Shown: piece after piece, positions 54,904 through 64,000 of the stretch
Layout: each line of letters opens with the position of its first letter
How positions within the stretch are numbered: the stretch's first letter is position 1
DNA from: an uncultured cyanobacterium
GTDB lineage: Bacteria > Cyanobacteriota > Cyanobacteriia > Phormidesmidales > Phormidesmidaceae
Direction: 5' to 3'
DNA length: 64,000 nucleotides
Assembly (NCBI GenBank): GCA_963793265.1
Contig: CAWBZI010000006.1
Span: forward strand, 64,001 to 128,000
The notes under the pieces: model-generated
Told to the model about the DNA's origin: nothing
The model's input: the letters and a program-made list of their open reading frames with translations, nothing else
The model's database searches: none
Position numbers and translations under genes: made by a program

Positions 54904-55483
54904 TTACCAGACACTACTGACTGAAGAGATTGCGGGTGTTGATGAGGTAGGGCGAGGAGCGTTTTTTGGGCCGGTCGTGGCAGCGGCGGTCGTTTTGCCA
55001 GAGGGGGCGATCGCACCCCTCACCGAAGCAGGCGTCACTGACAGCAAAAAACTATCGCCCGCCAAAAGACAAAAACTCGCGCTGCAAATTAGAGAAATAG
55101 CCCAGTGCAAAATAGGCATGGCCTCTGCCTATGAGATTGACAGGGTTAATATTTTGCAGGCGTCTTTGCTGGCAATGTATCGCGCGATCGCTCAGCTATC
55201 GCCACCGCCTAAGCTGTGTTTGATAGATGGCAATCAGCGAGTACCGCAGTTAGAGATACCGCAGCGGACGATTGTGAAAGGCGACCAGCATGAGCTAGCG
55301 ATCGCCGCTGCTAGCATCGTCGCAAAAGTGTGGCGAGATGACCTTATCACCCGGCTAGATCGCCGTTATCCTGGCTATGATCTAGCCTCTAATAAGGGCT
55401 ACGGAAGCGCAAAGCACAGAGCGGGCATCGCCAATCTAGGCGTTTGTCGGCAGCATCGAAAATCGTTCAAAAGCTGCCAGTAG
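54896..55483 (+). CDS. rnhB: ribonuclease HII
   Basis: AGVDEVGRG, DSKKL, IDGN, AASIVAKV, NKGYG; GTG start overlaps the rne stop. Confidence 0.93.
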   Translation: MSSYQTLLTEEIAGVDEVGRGAFFGPVVAAAVVLPEGAIAPLTEAGVTDSKKLSPAKRQKLALQIREIAQCKIGMASAYEIDRVNILQASLLAMYRAIAQLSPPPKLCLIDGNQRVPQLEIPQRTIVKGDQHELAIAAASIVAKVWRDDLITRLDRRYPGYDLASNKGYGSAKHRAGIANLGVCRQHRKSFKSCQ

Positions 55484-55537
55484 TTCTGCTTGAAGAGACT
55501 CAAACTAGACAGACTGCTAAGTATCAGGCAGCTTTAA

Positions 55538-56092
55538 CTAAGAAGGGCTCGACACTTCAGCCGTCGCCGAAGCAGTAGCCCAACTACAATAATCGCTGAT
55601 AAGCTGACGCATTAACCGCTGCTTCAGCGTAATTAAAATACCGTTGAGCAAGCCATTACCTGTTCGTTCCAGCAAAGGTTTTGGAGTTAGCCACATAGTC
55701 TGGAGTAGATCAACGCTAACGCCTAAGTTCGCCTGTCCACGTAGCTTTTTCCCTTTAGACGTTTCTTGAACCACTAAGTAGCCCTGCATCTTCATCGAAA
55801 AGCGCTGATTGATAGACTCACGCCCTTCGATGTAGCAGGTGTCAGAACTTAGCCGCACCGTGTCGTTTTCTAACCAAACTTTAAGATCGCAAACCGGCTG
55901 CAAGGCTAAACCAATAAAGCGGATAGGCTTTACTTTCACTCTAAACAGGCCGGGACTCAGCGTCTCTACCTGATTTTTATCGATCAGCGCGTACACTAGC
56001 CGATCGACTTCGCTTAGATACGTCTCAATAGCCAAAGGCTGCTGTGGCACCGAAATTGTCACTGCTTGAGAAGCGCTGAAGCGAACAACCAT
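55538..56092 (-). CDS. DUF1997 family protein
   Basis: MVVRFSASQAV...LLERTGNGLLNGILITLKQRL; conserved position between rnhB and pheA. Confidence 0.75.
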   Translation of the reverse strand: MVVRFSASQAVTISVPQQPLAIETYLSEVDRLVYALIDKNQVETLSPGLFRVKVKPIRFIGLALQPVCDLKVWLENDTVRLSSDTCYIEGRESINQRFSMKMQGYLVVQETSKGKKLRGQANLGVSVDLLQTMWLTPKPLLERTGNGLLNGILITLKQRLMRQLISDYCSWATASATAEVSSPS

Positions 56093-56169
56093 AACTACGA
56101 GCGAAATGAAAGAGAAAACCGTATAAGCTAACCCTAGCACTTCTACAGCATTCGCGAGCCTCCTCCTAT

Positions 56170-57012
56170 ATGACGGTTTCAATTGCCCATCTCGGCCCTA
56201 AAGGCAGCTTTTCTGACTTCGCAGCGGCGACCTATGCCGAAAGTTTAAAGGCGCAATCGACTAAGCTGGATGCCTATCTGACAATTGCTCAGGCGATTAG
56301 AGCAACAGAGCAGGGTGACACTGACTATTGTGTTGTGCCAGTCGAGAACTCCATCGGTGGCGGTGTCACGATTACCCTAGATACGCTTTGGGAAATCAAA
56401 ACGTTACAAATTCAGCAGGCATTTACGCTACCTGTCAGACACGCACTAATTTCTAAAGCAGAGAGTATTGACCAGGTTGAAACCGTTTTTTCGCATCCAC
56501 AGGCGCTAGCGCAGTGTCGCAGCTGGCTAGCCGAGCATATGCCGAATGCAAAGCTGATTCCTAGCAATTCGACCTCAGAGCCGCTGCCTCGGATTAAGGA
56601 GGATTCAAAGCTGGGTGCGATCGCCTCCACCTGGGGCGCAAAAATCTACGATCTTCCCGTACTCGCCCATCCCATCAACGACTTTGCCGACAACTACACC
56701 CGCTTTTGGGTACTCGGCAAGCAGCCAGCCACCAGCGGACAGTTCACCTCTATTGCATTCAGCCTGCGCTCTAATGAACCCGGTGCACTGCTTAAACCGC
56801 TACAGCTATTTTCGGTGCTGAATATCAACATGAGCCGGATTGAGTCTCGCCCTACTAAGCGATCGCTCGGTGACTACATCTTTTTTGTAGACGTTGAAGC
56901 CAGCGCCCAAGACCAAACAATGAAGTCAGCACTAGAGCTATTAAAAATGCACACCGCAACGCTGAAGAACTTCGGCAGTTACGGCCTCATTGACATTGAG
57001 CGAATTCTGTAG
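56170..57012 (+). CDS. pheA: prephenate dehydratase
   Basis: HLGPKGSFS, VPVENS, SHPQALAQC, NYTRF and ACT-domain IESRP. Confidence 0.93.
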   Translation: MTVSIAHLGPKGSFSDFAAATYAESLKAQSTKLDAYLTIAQAIRATEQGDTDYCVVPVENSIGGGVTITLDTLWEIKTLQIQQAFTLPVRHALISKAESIDQVETVFSHPQALAQCRSWLAEHMPNAKLIPSNSTSEPLPRIKEDSKLGAIASTWGAKIYDLPVLAHPINDFADNYTRFWVLGKQPATSGQFTSIAFSLRSNEPGALLKPLQLFSVLNINMSRIESRPTKRSLGDYIFFVDVEASAQDQTMKSALELLKMHTATLKNFGSYGLIDIERIL

Positions 57013-57029
57013 AAGACATGCAAACGCAT

Positions 57030-57671
57030 CTACTCTAAAACATCCTTAAGCGCTGTCCGAGCCGCCAGGTTGTTACGGGTTGAAATCAAAATCTCCGCCT
57101 CACGCTCTAACCGACTCAGCGTATTTTGCATCTCTAACAACGACTGCTGCTCAAGCGAAACGCCATAGAGCGTGCTCGCAACCCAGTAAGAAAGCTCAAG
57201 CGGTAGCTCTGGAATATTTTCAGGAAAATCAATGTCCTGACTGGTGAGCTTAGCCGATAGCCGCACCACATCTCTCAGCAGCCGGTCAACTTCACTAGCT
57301 AGCGGCTCCAAGCTTTCCTCAACCGGCTCATCTTCAATCCACTCAACTAAGCCCACTAGGTAGGGCGTCTCTCGCACATAGTCCAATACTCGAAAGCGCT
57401 GCTGACCTAAGGTCATAATCTTCATGCGGTCGTCGGGCATTCGTTCGTAGTGAATGACCTCCGCGCAGCAGCCTACTTTTGCCGTCTCCCCAGTGTTGGG
57501 ATCAACCATGAGCACACCAAAGCGGCGATCGCCTTGCAAAATGGTGTTCATCATCATCCGATAGCGAAGCTCGAAAATGTGGAGGGGTAGCCGCCGACCG
57601 GGGAAGAGCACTAGCTCAGGGAGGGGAAAAAGCGGTAGCTCGCGAACGGCAACTGAGGAGGAAAAGTCCAT
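57030..57671 (-). CDS. LON peptidase N-terminal substrate-binding domain protein
   Basis: RELPLFPLPELVLFPG..LPLHIFE.RYR. Confidence 0.85.
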   Translation of the reverse strand: MDFSSSVAVRELPLFPLPELVLFPGRRLPLHIFELRYRMMMNTILQGDRRFGVLMVDPNTGETAKVGCCAEVIHYERMPDDRMKIMTLGQQRFRVLDYVRETPYLVGLVEWIEDEPVEESLEPLASEVDRLLRDVVRLSAKLTSQDIDFPENIPELPLELSYWVASTLYGVSLEQQSLLEMQNTLSRLEREAEILISTRNNLAARTALKDVLE

Positions 57672-57851
57672 TGTGTGCAAAATAGGGCCATAGCAGTGCG
57701 CCGCTCGAAAGGGCAGCTTGCGCACTACAAATATTCTAACGCACGGGTTTAGATGGGTTGCGGTGAACCTCAGAAAACCTAAAACAGCAAAACCTCCTAA
57801 ACAGTCGAGTTTAGAAGGTTCTTTAATGCTATCTAATCTATTTGGCTAAAC

Positions 57852-58172
57852 CTACAGCTTAACTTCAATATCCACACCAGCAGGAAGATCTAGCTTCATT
57901 AGCGCGTCAATCGTTTTAGAAGAAGGCTGATAGATATCGATGATGCGGCGGTGGGTGCGCGTCTCGAAGTGCTCGCGGGAGTCTTTGTCTACGTGGGGAG
58001 AGCGCAACACACAGTAGATTTTGCGCTTAGTAGGAAGAGGAATCGGGCCAACGGCTGTAGCGTTTGTGCGGTTGGCGGTATCGACAATTTTTTCGCAGGA
58101 AGTATCGAGTAAGCGGCGGTCGAATGCCTTGAGGCGGATGCGGATCTTCTGCTGTTGAATAGTAGCGGCCAT
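57852..58172 (-). CDS. rpsJ: 30S ribosomal protein S10
   Basis: [31 protein letters not shown]. Confidence 0.97.
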   Translation of the reverse strand: MAATIQQQKIRIRLKAFDRRLLDTSCEKIVDTANRTNATAVGPIPLPTKRKIYCVLRSPHVDKDSREHFETRTHRRIIDIYQPSSKTIDALMKLDLPAGVDIEVKL

Positions 58173-58258
58173 GGAAATTTAGCGCTTTCGTGCGCGAATG
58201 TTTAGTTTTCTAGGTTCGATGGGTCGGGAGGAGAATTTCGGCAATAAGCCGAGGTTGC

Positions 58259-58286
58259 GTAGGGGCGCAAGGTCTTGCGCCCCTAC
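58259..58286. repeat. GTAG-type REP-like palindrome
   Basis: GTAGGGGCGCAAG-GT-CTTGCGCCCCTAC, a 13-bp perfect stem beginning with GTAG. Confidence 0.65.
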
Positions 58287-58335
58287 AAAGGTGTCGCGGA
58301 TCTACAACATTCCGTAGCAGATCCAAACGCAGCTT

Positions 58336-59565
58336 CTATTTGGTGATCTTAGAAACAACGCCCGCACCAACGGTACGGCCACCTTCACGAATTGCAAAGC
58401 GCATACCCTGCTCAATTGCAATTGGGTTGATGAGCTTAACGTTCATTTTGATGCGATCGCCAGGCATAACCATTTCAGCAGCGCTACCGTCGTCAGCAGT
58501 AAAGCTTTCGATTGAGCCCGTTACGTCAGTTGTACGCACATAGAACTGAGGCTTATAGCCAGGGAAGAACGGTGTATGACGACCGCCTTCTTCTTTGTTG
58601 AGCACATAAACCTCAGACTCAAACTCAGTGTGAGGCGTAATGCTCTTAGGCTTAGCAAGCACCATACCGCGCTCAATGTCTTCTTTTTGAAGACCACGGA
58701 GCAAGACGCCTACGTTGTCACCAGCCATACCAGAGTCCAGCGTCTTCTGGAACATCTCTACGCCAGTAACAGTGGTGCTGCGAGTGTCGCGAATACCAAC
58801 AAGCTCAACAGTCTCACCGACCTTAACAACGCCACGCTCAATCCGACCAGTGGCAACCGTACCACGACCTGTAATCGAAAATACGTCCTCAACTGCCATC
58901 AAGAAGGGCTTATCTACTTCACGCTCAGGGGTAGGGATATAAGCATCCACTTCATCCATTAGCGCGTGAATTTTATCAACCCACTCGTCAGCGCCGCGAG
59001 CAGTACCAGGATCAGCAACCAGCTTCTCGACGGCCTTGAGTGCAGAACCAGCGGTCACCGGGATATCATCGCCAGGGAAATCGTAAGAGCTGAGCAGCTC
59101 ACGAATTTCTAGCTCAACTAGCTCAAGTAGCTCTTCGTCGTCTACCTGATCTTGCTTGTTCATGAACACGACGATATTAGGTACGCCTACCTGACCAGCC
59201 AGCAAAATGTGCTCACGGGTTTGAGGCATGGGGCCATCAGCCGCAGACACTACCAAGATAGCGCCGTCCATTTGCGCCGCGCCTGTGATCATGTTCTTCA
59301 CATAGTCAGCGTGACCGGGGCAGTCAACGTGAGCGTAGTGACGATTTTCAGTCTCGTACTCTACGTGAGCGGTGTTAATTGTAATACCGCGCGCTTTCTC
59401 CTCAGGAGCCGAGTCGATTTCAGCGTAGCTCTGAGCTTTACCGCCACCAGCAGCAGATAGCGTCATGGTGATAGCAGCCGTCAGAGTGGTCTTACCGTGG
59501 TCAACGTGGCCAATAGTGCCAATGTTGACGTGGGGTTTGCTTCTTTCAAATTTTTCGCGTGCCAT
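58336..59565 (-). CDS. tuf: elongation factor Tu
   Basis: [36 protein letters not shown]. Confidence 0.98.
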   Translation of the reverse strand: MAREKFERSKPHVNIGTIGHVDHGKTTLTAAITMTLSAAGGGKAQSYAEIDSAPEEKARGITINTAHVEYETENRHYAHVDCPGHADYVKNMITGAAQMDGAILVVSAADGPMPQTREHILLAGQVGVPNIVVFMNKQDQVDDEELLELVELEIRELLSSYDFPGDDIPVTAGSALKAVEKLVADPGTARGADEWVDKIHALMDEVDAYIPTPEREVDKPFLMAVEDVFSITGRGTVATGRIERGVVKVGETVELVGIRDTRSTTVTGVEMFQKTLDSGMAGDNVGVLLRGLQKEDIERGMVLAKPKSITPHTEFESEVYVLNKEEGGRHTPFFPGYKPQFYVRTTDVTGSIESFTADDGSAAEMVMPGDRIKMNVKLINPIAIEQGMRFAIREGGRTVGAGVVSKITK

Positions 59566-59593
59566 GAATTTTCTTTTGTGTTCCTAAAACTAA

Positions 59594-61669
59594 CTATGCG
59601 TTCCCTTTGTTTCTGGCGATAATCGCCTCAGCCACATTACGCGGAACTTCCTCGTACTGGCTGAACTCCATAGAGAAGGAGCCCCTTCCCTGGGTTTTGG
59701 AGCGAATGTCGGTCGCGTAACCGAACATCTCAGACAAAGGCACTTTAGAAGTGACCTTCGTCACGCCCTCCTCAGACCCCATCCCCTCAATCTGTCCGCG
59801 ACGAGCGTTCAAGTCGCCCATCACATCGCCGAGGAAGTCTTCTGGAGCCTCCACTTCGACCTTCATCATGGGTTCCAAAAGAACCGGAGAAGCCTTCATC
59901 ACTGCTTCTTTGACTGCCATAGAGCCAGCAATTTTGAATGCCATCTCCGAGGAGTCAACGTCGTGATAAGAACCATCCAACAAAGTGACCTTAACATCAA
60001 TTAATGGATATCCGGCTAGAATACCAGATTCGCAAGCCTCTTTCATCCCTTGCTCCGCTGGCGAGATAAATTCTTTTGGAATAGAGCCTCCCACAATCTT
60101 GCTGACAAACTCAAACCCAGACCCTTCTTCAGAAGGCTCCAGCTCAATCACCACATGACCAAATTGTCCCTTACCACCACTCTGACGGATAAACTTACCC
60201 TCCGCCTTAGCAGGCTTTAAGATCGTTTCTCGGTAGGCTACCTGAGGCGCGCCAATGTTTGCTTCTACCTTGAACTCTCGCAACATGCGGTTAACAAGAA
60301 TATCCAAGTGAAGCTCGCCCATGCCAGCAATCACCGTCTGGTTAGTCTCAGGATCAATGCTGACGCGAAACGTGGGGTCTTCTTCCGAAAGCGACTGTAG
60401 CGCTTTTGAAAGTTTTTCCATGTCTTGCTTGGTTTTGGGCTCGACGGCGACCGAAATTACTGGCTCAGGAATAAAGAGCGATTCCAGCACAATCGGATGG
60501 TCGGCGTCGCAAATCGTATCACCTGTAAAGGTGTCTTTGAAGCCTAAGGCCGCGCCCAAGTCGCCCGCCCGCATTTCATCTACTTCAATGCGATCATCAG
60601 CCTTAAGGATAATCAGGCGCGAAATTCGCTCCTTTTTATCCTTGGTGGCGTTATAGACATAGCTGCCCTTTTTAAGTACGCCTGAGTACACCCGAATAAA
60701 GGTGAGGCGTCCGTAGGGATCGGCCATAATCTTGAAGGCCAAAGCTGCCGCAGGTTCATCGTCCTTAGCTTCGCGAGTACCGGTTTCGCCGTTGGGCAAA
60801 ATGCCTTGAATAGCCGGGACTTCTGGCGGTGAGGGCAAGTAGTCCACAACAGCGTCAAGCAATAGCTGAACGCCTTTGTTCTTAAAAGCAGAGCCGCAGA
60901 GCATTGGCACCATTTTGTCGTTGATAGTTGCCTTGCGAACGCATAGCATTAGCTCCTCAGCCGATATTTCTTCGCCTTCGAGGTAGCGTTCCATTAGGGC
61001 ATCGTTGGTTTCAGCGATCGCCTCCAGCAGAACAGTGCGATACTCCTGCGCCTTCGCCAGCATCTCCTCAGGAATATCAGTGACCTGAATATCAGTGCCT
61101 AAATCATTGGTATAAAGGTGCGCCTTCATCTGCACCAAATCGATTACGCCTCTAAACTTATCTTCAGCGCCAATTGGAATCTGTAGGGGTACAGCCTTAG
61201 CTCTGAGCCGATCTTTCACCTGCTCATACACCTTAAAAAAGTTCGCCCCTGTCCTGTCCATTTTATTGACAAAAGCAATGCGAGGCACCTTATAGCGATC
61301 GGCCTGCCGCCAAACGGTTTCAGACTGAGGCTGAACGCCACCCACAGAGCAGAACACCGCCACTACGCCATCAAGCACACGCATAGAGCGCTCTACTTCA
61401 ATCGTGAAGTCTACGTGACCAGGCGTGTCGATAATGTTGATTTGGTGGTCGCGCCAGGTGGTAGATATCGCCGCAGCCGTAATGGTAATGCCCCGCTCTT
61501 TTTCCTGCTCCATCCAGTCGGTAACCGCGTTACCGTCATGAACTTCACCAATTTTATGAACAACGCCCGAGTAAAACAAAATGCGCTCAGTCGTCGTGGT
61601 TTTACCCGCATCAATGTGCGCGGCAATCCCAATATTTCTAACTTTCTCAATCGGGGTATTACGGGCCAT
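59594..61669 (-). CDS. fusA: elongation factor G
   Basis: [35 protein letters not shown]. Confidence 0.98.
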   Translation of the reverse strand: MARNTPIEKVRNIGIAAHIDAGKTTTTERILFYSGVVHKIGEVHDGNAVTDWMEQEKERGITITAAAISTTWRDHQINIIDTPGHVDFTIEVERSMRVLDGVVAVFCSVGGVQPQSETVWRQADRYKVPRIAFVNKMDRTGANFFKVYEQVKDRLRAKAVPLQIPIGAEDKFRGVIDLVQMKAHLYTNDLGTDIQVTDIPEEMLAKAQEYRTVLLEAIAETNDALMERYLEGEEISAEELMLCVRKATINDKMVPMLCGSAFKNKGVQLLLDAVVDYLPSPPEVPAIQGILPNGETGTREAKDDEPAAALAFKIMADPYGRLTFIRVYSGVLKKGSYVYNATKDKKERISRLIILKADDRIEVDEMRAGDLGAALGFKDTFTGDTICDADHPIVLESLFIPEPVISVAVEPKTKQDMEKLSKALQSLSEEDPTFRVSIDPETNQTVIAGMGELHLDILVNRMLREFKVEANIGAPQVAYRETILKPAKAEGKFIRQSGGKGQFGHVVIELEPSEEGSGFEFVSKIVGGSIPKEFISPAEQGMKEACESGILAGYPLIDVKVTLLDGSYHDVDSSEMAFKIAGSMAVKEAVMKASPVLLEPMMKVEVEAPEDFLGDVMGDLNARRGQIEGMGSEEGVTKVTSKVPLSEMFGYATDIRSKTQGRGSFSMEFSQYEEVPRNVAEAIIARNKGNA

Positions 61670-61860
61670 CGTGACCTCCTTTAAGCGAGCTGTATCAAGT
61701 TTTTTGGCTACAGCAAAACCATTATAAAAACTCCTGAGCGAAATTACCCAGAAGTTTTTAAGTTTGCGCTTCTATCCTGCAAGCTTAAGCGACACACTCA
61801 GGCGTTTGCATAGGACGTTTAGTTCTTTGTTAGCGCAGCAGAGCGACTTTAAAGAGCGCT

Positions 61861-62332
<472 letters not shown>

Positions 62333-62562
62333 GAGGCTTTAACCTTTGTGTAAATAGGGTGGAAGCAGTTTTTCAAAAAATAGAGATTGCTTACGAGTGG
62401 AACCAGCGGTGAAAAACGCAACGAACCTGGTTAATTAAGGGAGATAAGGACATCAGCATTGCCCAAGTCTTTCAAATTAATTAGGTGACACCAAAAGGTT
62501 GACCTTCGCAAAAGAGGATATTGTCTAAGAGAAAGCGACTCGCCAAAGAGACTGCAAATGAA

Positions 62563-62943
62563 TTAGGAGGCTGCTTTTGGCTTTTTGGCACCGTACTTAG
62601 AACGGCTTTGACGGCGGTCTTTAACACCCGCTGTATCCAAAGTGCCGCGAATGATGTGGTAGCGAACGCCAGGAAGATCCTTAACACGACCGCCGCGAAT
62701 CATTACAACGGAGTGCTCTTGCAGGTTGTGGCCGATACCGGGAATGTATGCGGTAACCTCAAATCCTGATGTGAGGCGAACCCTGGCCACTTTTCTTAGG
62801 GCTGAGTTTGGCTTCTTAGGGGTGGTTGTGTACACGCGAGTGCAAACACCACGACGCTGGGGGCAGCTCTGAAGCGCTGGAGATTTGGTCTTTTTGGTAG
62901 CTTTATTACGCTCTGTGCGAATGAGCTGTTGAATCGTAGGCAT
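62563..62943 (-). CDS. rpsL: 30S ribosomal protein S12
   Basis: [31 protein letters not shown]. Confidence 0.98.
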   Translation of the reverse strand: MPTIQQLIRTERNKATKKTKSPALQSCPQRRGVCTRVYTTTPKKPNSALRKVARVRLTSGFEVTAYIPGIGHNLQEHSVVMIRGGRVKDLPGVRYHIIRGTLDTAGVKDRRQSRSKYGAKKPKAAS

Positions 62944-63081
62944 ATAGGCGTGGGGATTTAAGAGCGCAGTAGTTAATTACGCCGTGAGATAAGTTGTCAT
63001 GAGAAGCAATAGTATCAATTATTTTTTCACCCTGTCAATCGGTTCGACCGAACAGTTTTGCCAGGCAGTTTGGATGAAGGG

Positions 63082-63426
63082 TCAGTGGCGAATGGCGAAG
63101 GCGTATCCACAGCGGCAGCTTTCGGTGGCTAGCGGGTTGTTAAAGCGGAAGGCTCCGCCTGTGAGATCTTCGGAAAAGTCTATTTTGAGATCGCGGATGT
63201 AGTCGAGGCGATCGCGCTTCATCACCAACTGCACTGTCGCCACACCATAGCCATCAAACGAGTACACATCGTCGTCATCATCTACCTCATCGTCAAGCGA
63301 GAGCACGTAAGACCACTCAGCGCAGCTACTCGGCTGAAGCGTCAGCCGACAAAACGAAGTAGGCCGACCTTGCCGGGTTCTGAGTCTGTTAATTTCTTGG
63401 CAGGCAGCAGGGGTGAGCTGAATCAT
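63082..63426 (-). CDS. HesB/IscA family Fe-S cluster assembly accessory protein
   Basis: MIQLTPAA..EI, IDFSEDLTGGAFRFNNP, CRCGYAF. Confidence 0.8.
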   Translation of the reverse strand: MIQLTPAACQEINRLRTRQGRPTSFCRLTLQPSSCAEWSYVLSLDDEVDDDDDVYSFDGYGVATVQLVMKRDRLDYIRDLKIDFSEDLTGGAFRFNNPLATESCRCGYAFAIRH

Positions 63427-63555
63427 TTAACCGGCAGATTGAAAGCACAGCGCTATTGTACGACGCCTATCACTTCGCGAATATTGCCTCTTAAAAAAAA
63501 GGGGAACCAAACGTTCCCCCTTCACCAAACTTAAGTTGTCAGGAAATCAAAAAAC

Positions 63556-63975
63556 TTAGTCGGAGCTACGAGCGTAGTCATCCTGAAAGCGAGTGATATC
63601 ATCTTCGCCCAAGTACTCACCGTTTTGGACTTCTATGAGCACCAAAGGAATAACGCCCGAATTTTCTAGGCGGTGGTTGGTGCAGGCAGGGACGTAAGTA
63701 GACTGATTCGTGCACAGCATAATCTCCTGATCGCCGCAGGTTACTTTGGCAGTACCAGAAACCACGATCCAGTGCTCACTGCGGTGGTGGTGCATCTGTA
63801 GGCTGAGGCGGTGGCCGGGTTTGACTTCGATACGCTTAATTTTATAGCCGGAGCCTTCTTCGAGCACGGTGAAAGCACCCCAGGGGCGTAGCTCAGTGGC
63901 CGAGACGCCTTCAAAGCTAGCGGACTCTAGCGACTTGTCTAATGATTTAGCAGTCAGTTCTTGAGTTTGAACCAT
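63556..63975 (-). CDS. cupin domain protein (type II mannose-6-phosphate isomerase C-terminal domain)
   Basis: RPWGAF, LSLQMHHHRSEHW, EVQNGEYLGEDDI.RF.DDY. Confidence 0.88.
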   Translation of the reverse strand: MVQTQELTAKSLDKSLESASFEGVSATELRPWGAFTVLEEGSGYKIKRIEVKPGHRLSLQMHHHRSEHWIVVSGTAKVTCGDQEIMLCTNQSTYVPACTNHRLENSGVIPLVLIEVQNGEYLGEDDITRFQDDYARSSD

Positions 63976-64000
63976 GGTGGAAATGATCTCCTTGTAGGTG

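Overview
This is 64 kb of a cyanobacterial chromosome. The octamer HIP1 (GCGATCGC) occurs about 50 times by manual scan, and genes such as petF, ycf46/ycf35, plmA, bvdR and Tab2 are cyanobacterial. Most of the window is core genome: nadA (partial), one complete minus-strand rRNA operon (16S-tRNAIle-tRNAAla-23S-5S), two tRNA-Ser genes, recQ, glyQ, comEC, a ClpC paralogue, cobB, tig-clpP-clpX, asd-dapA-rnj, rne-rnhB, pheA and rpsL-rpsG-fusA-tuf-rpsJ. Accessory DNA is limited to three things: an IS630-family element between recQ and the rrn terminator, a ~4.5 kb islet with a disrupted NACHT-pentapeptide gene flanked by two PIN-type toxin-antitoxin pairs, and a toxin-less tandem of HicB-like genes. 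Single-base frameshifts, one of them in essential rpsG, suggest residual indel errors in the assembly. The most unusual signal is compositional. Strand asymmetry flips at many HIP1 sites (G/T-rich 5' of the site, C/A-rich 3' of it) regardless of gene orientation, which suggests a HIP1-anchored, strand-specific DNA processing or repair process. Other candidates are a perfect 22-bp inverted repeat exactly at the NACHT frameshift, a possible anti-SD sRNA, and a long hairpin-rich leader before rnj. No CRISPR array was seen. All gene calls come from motif recognition by eye; no database searches were run.
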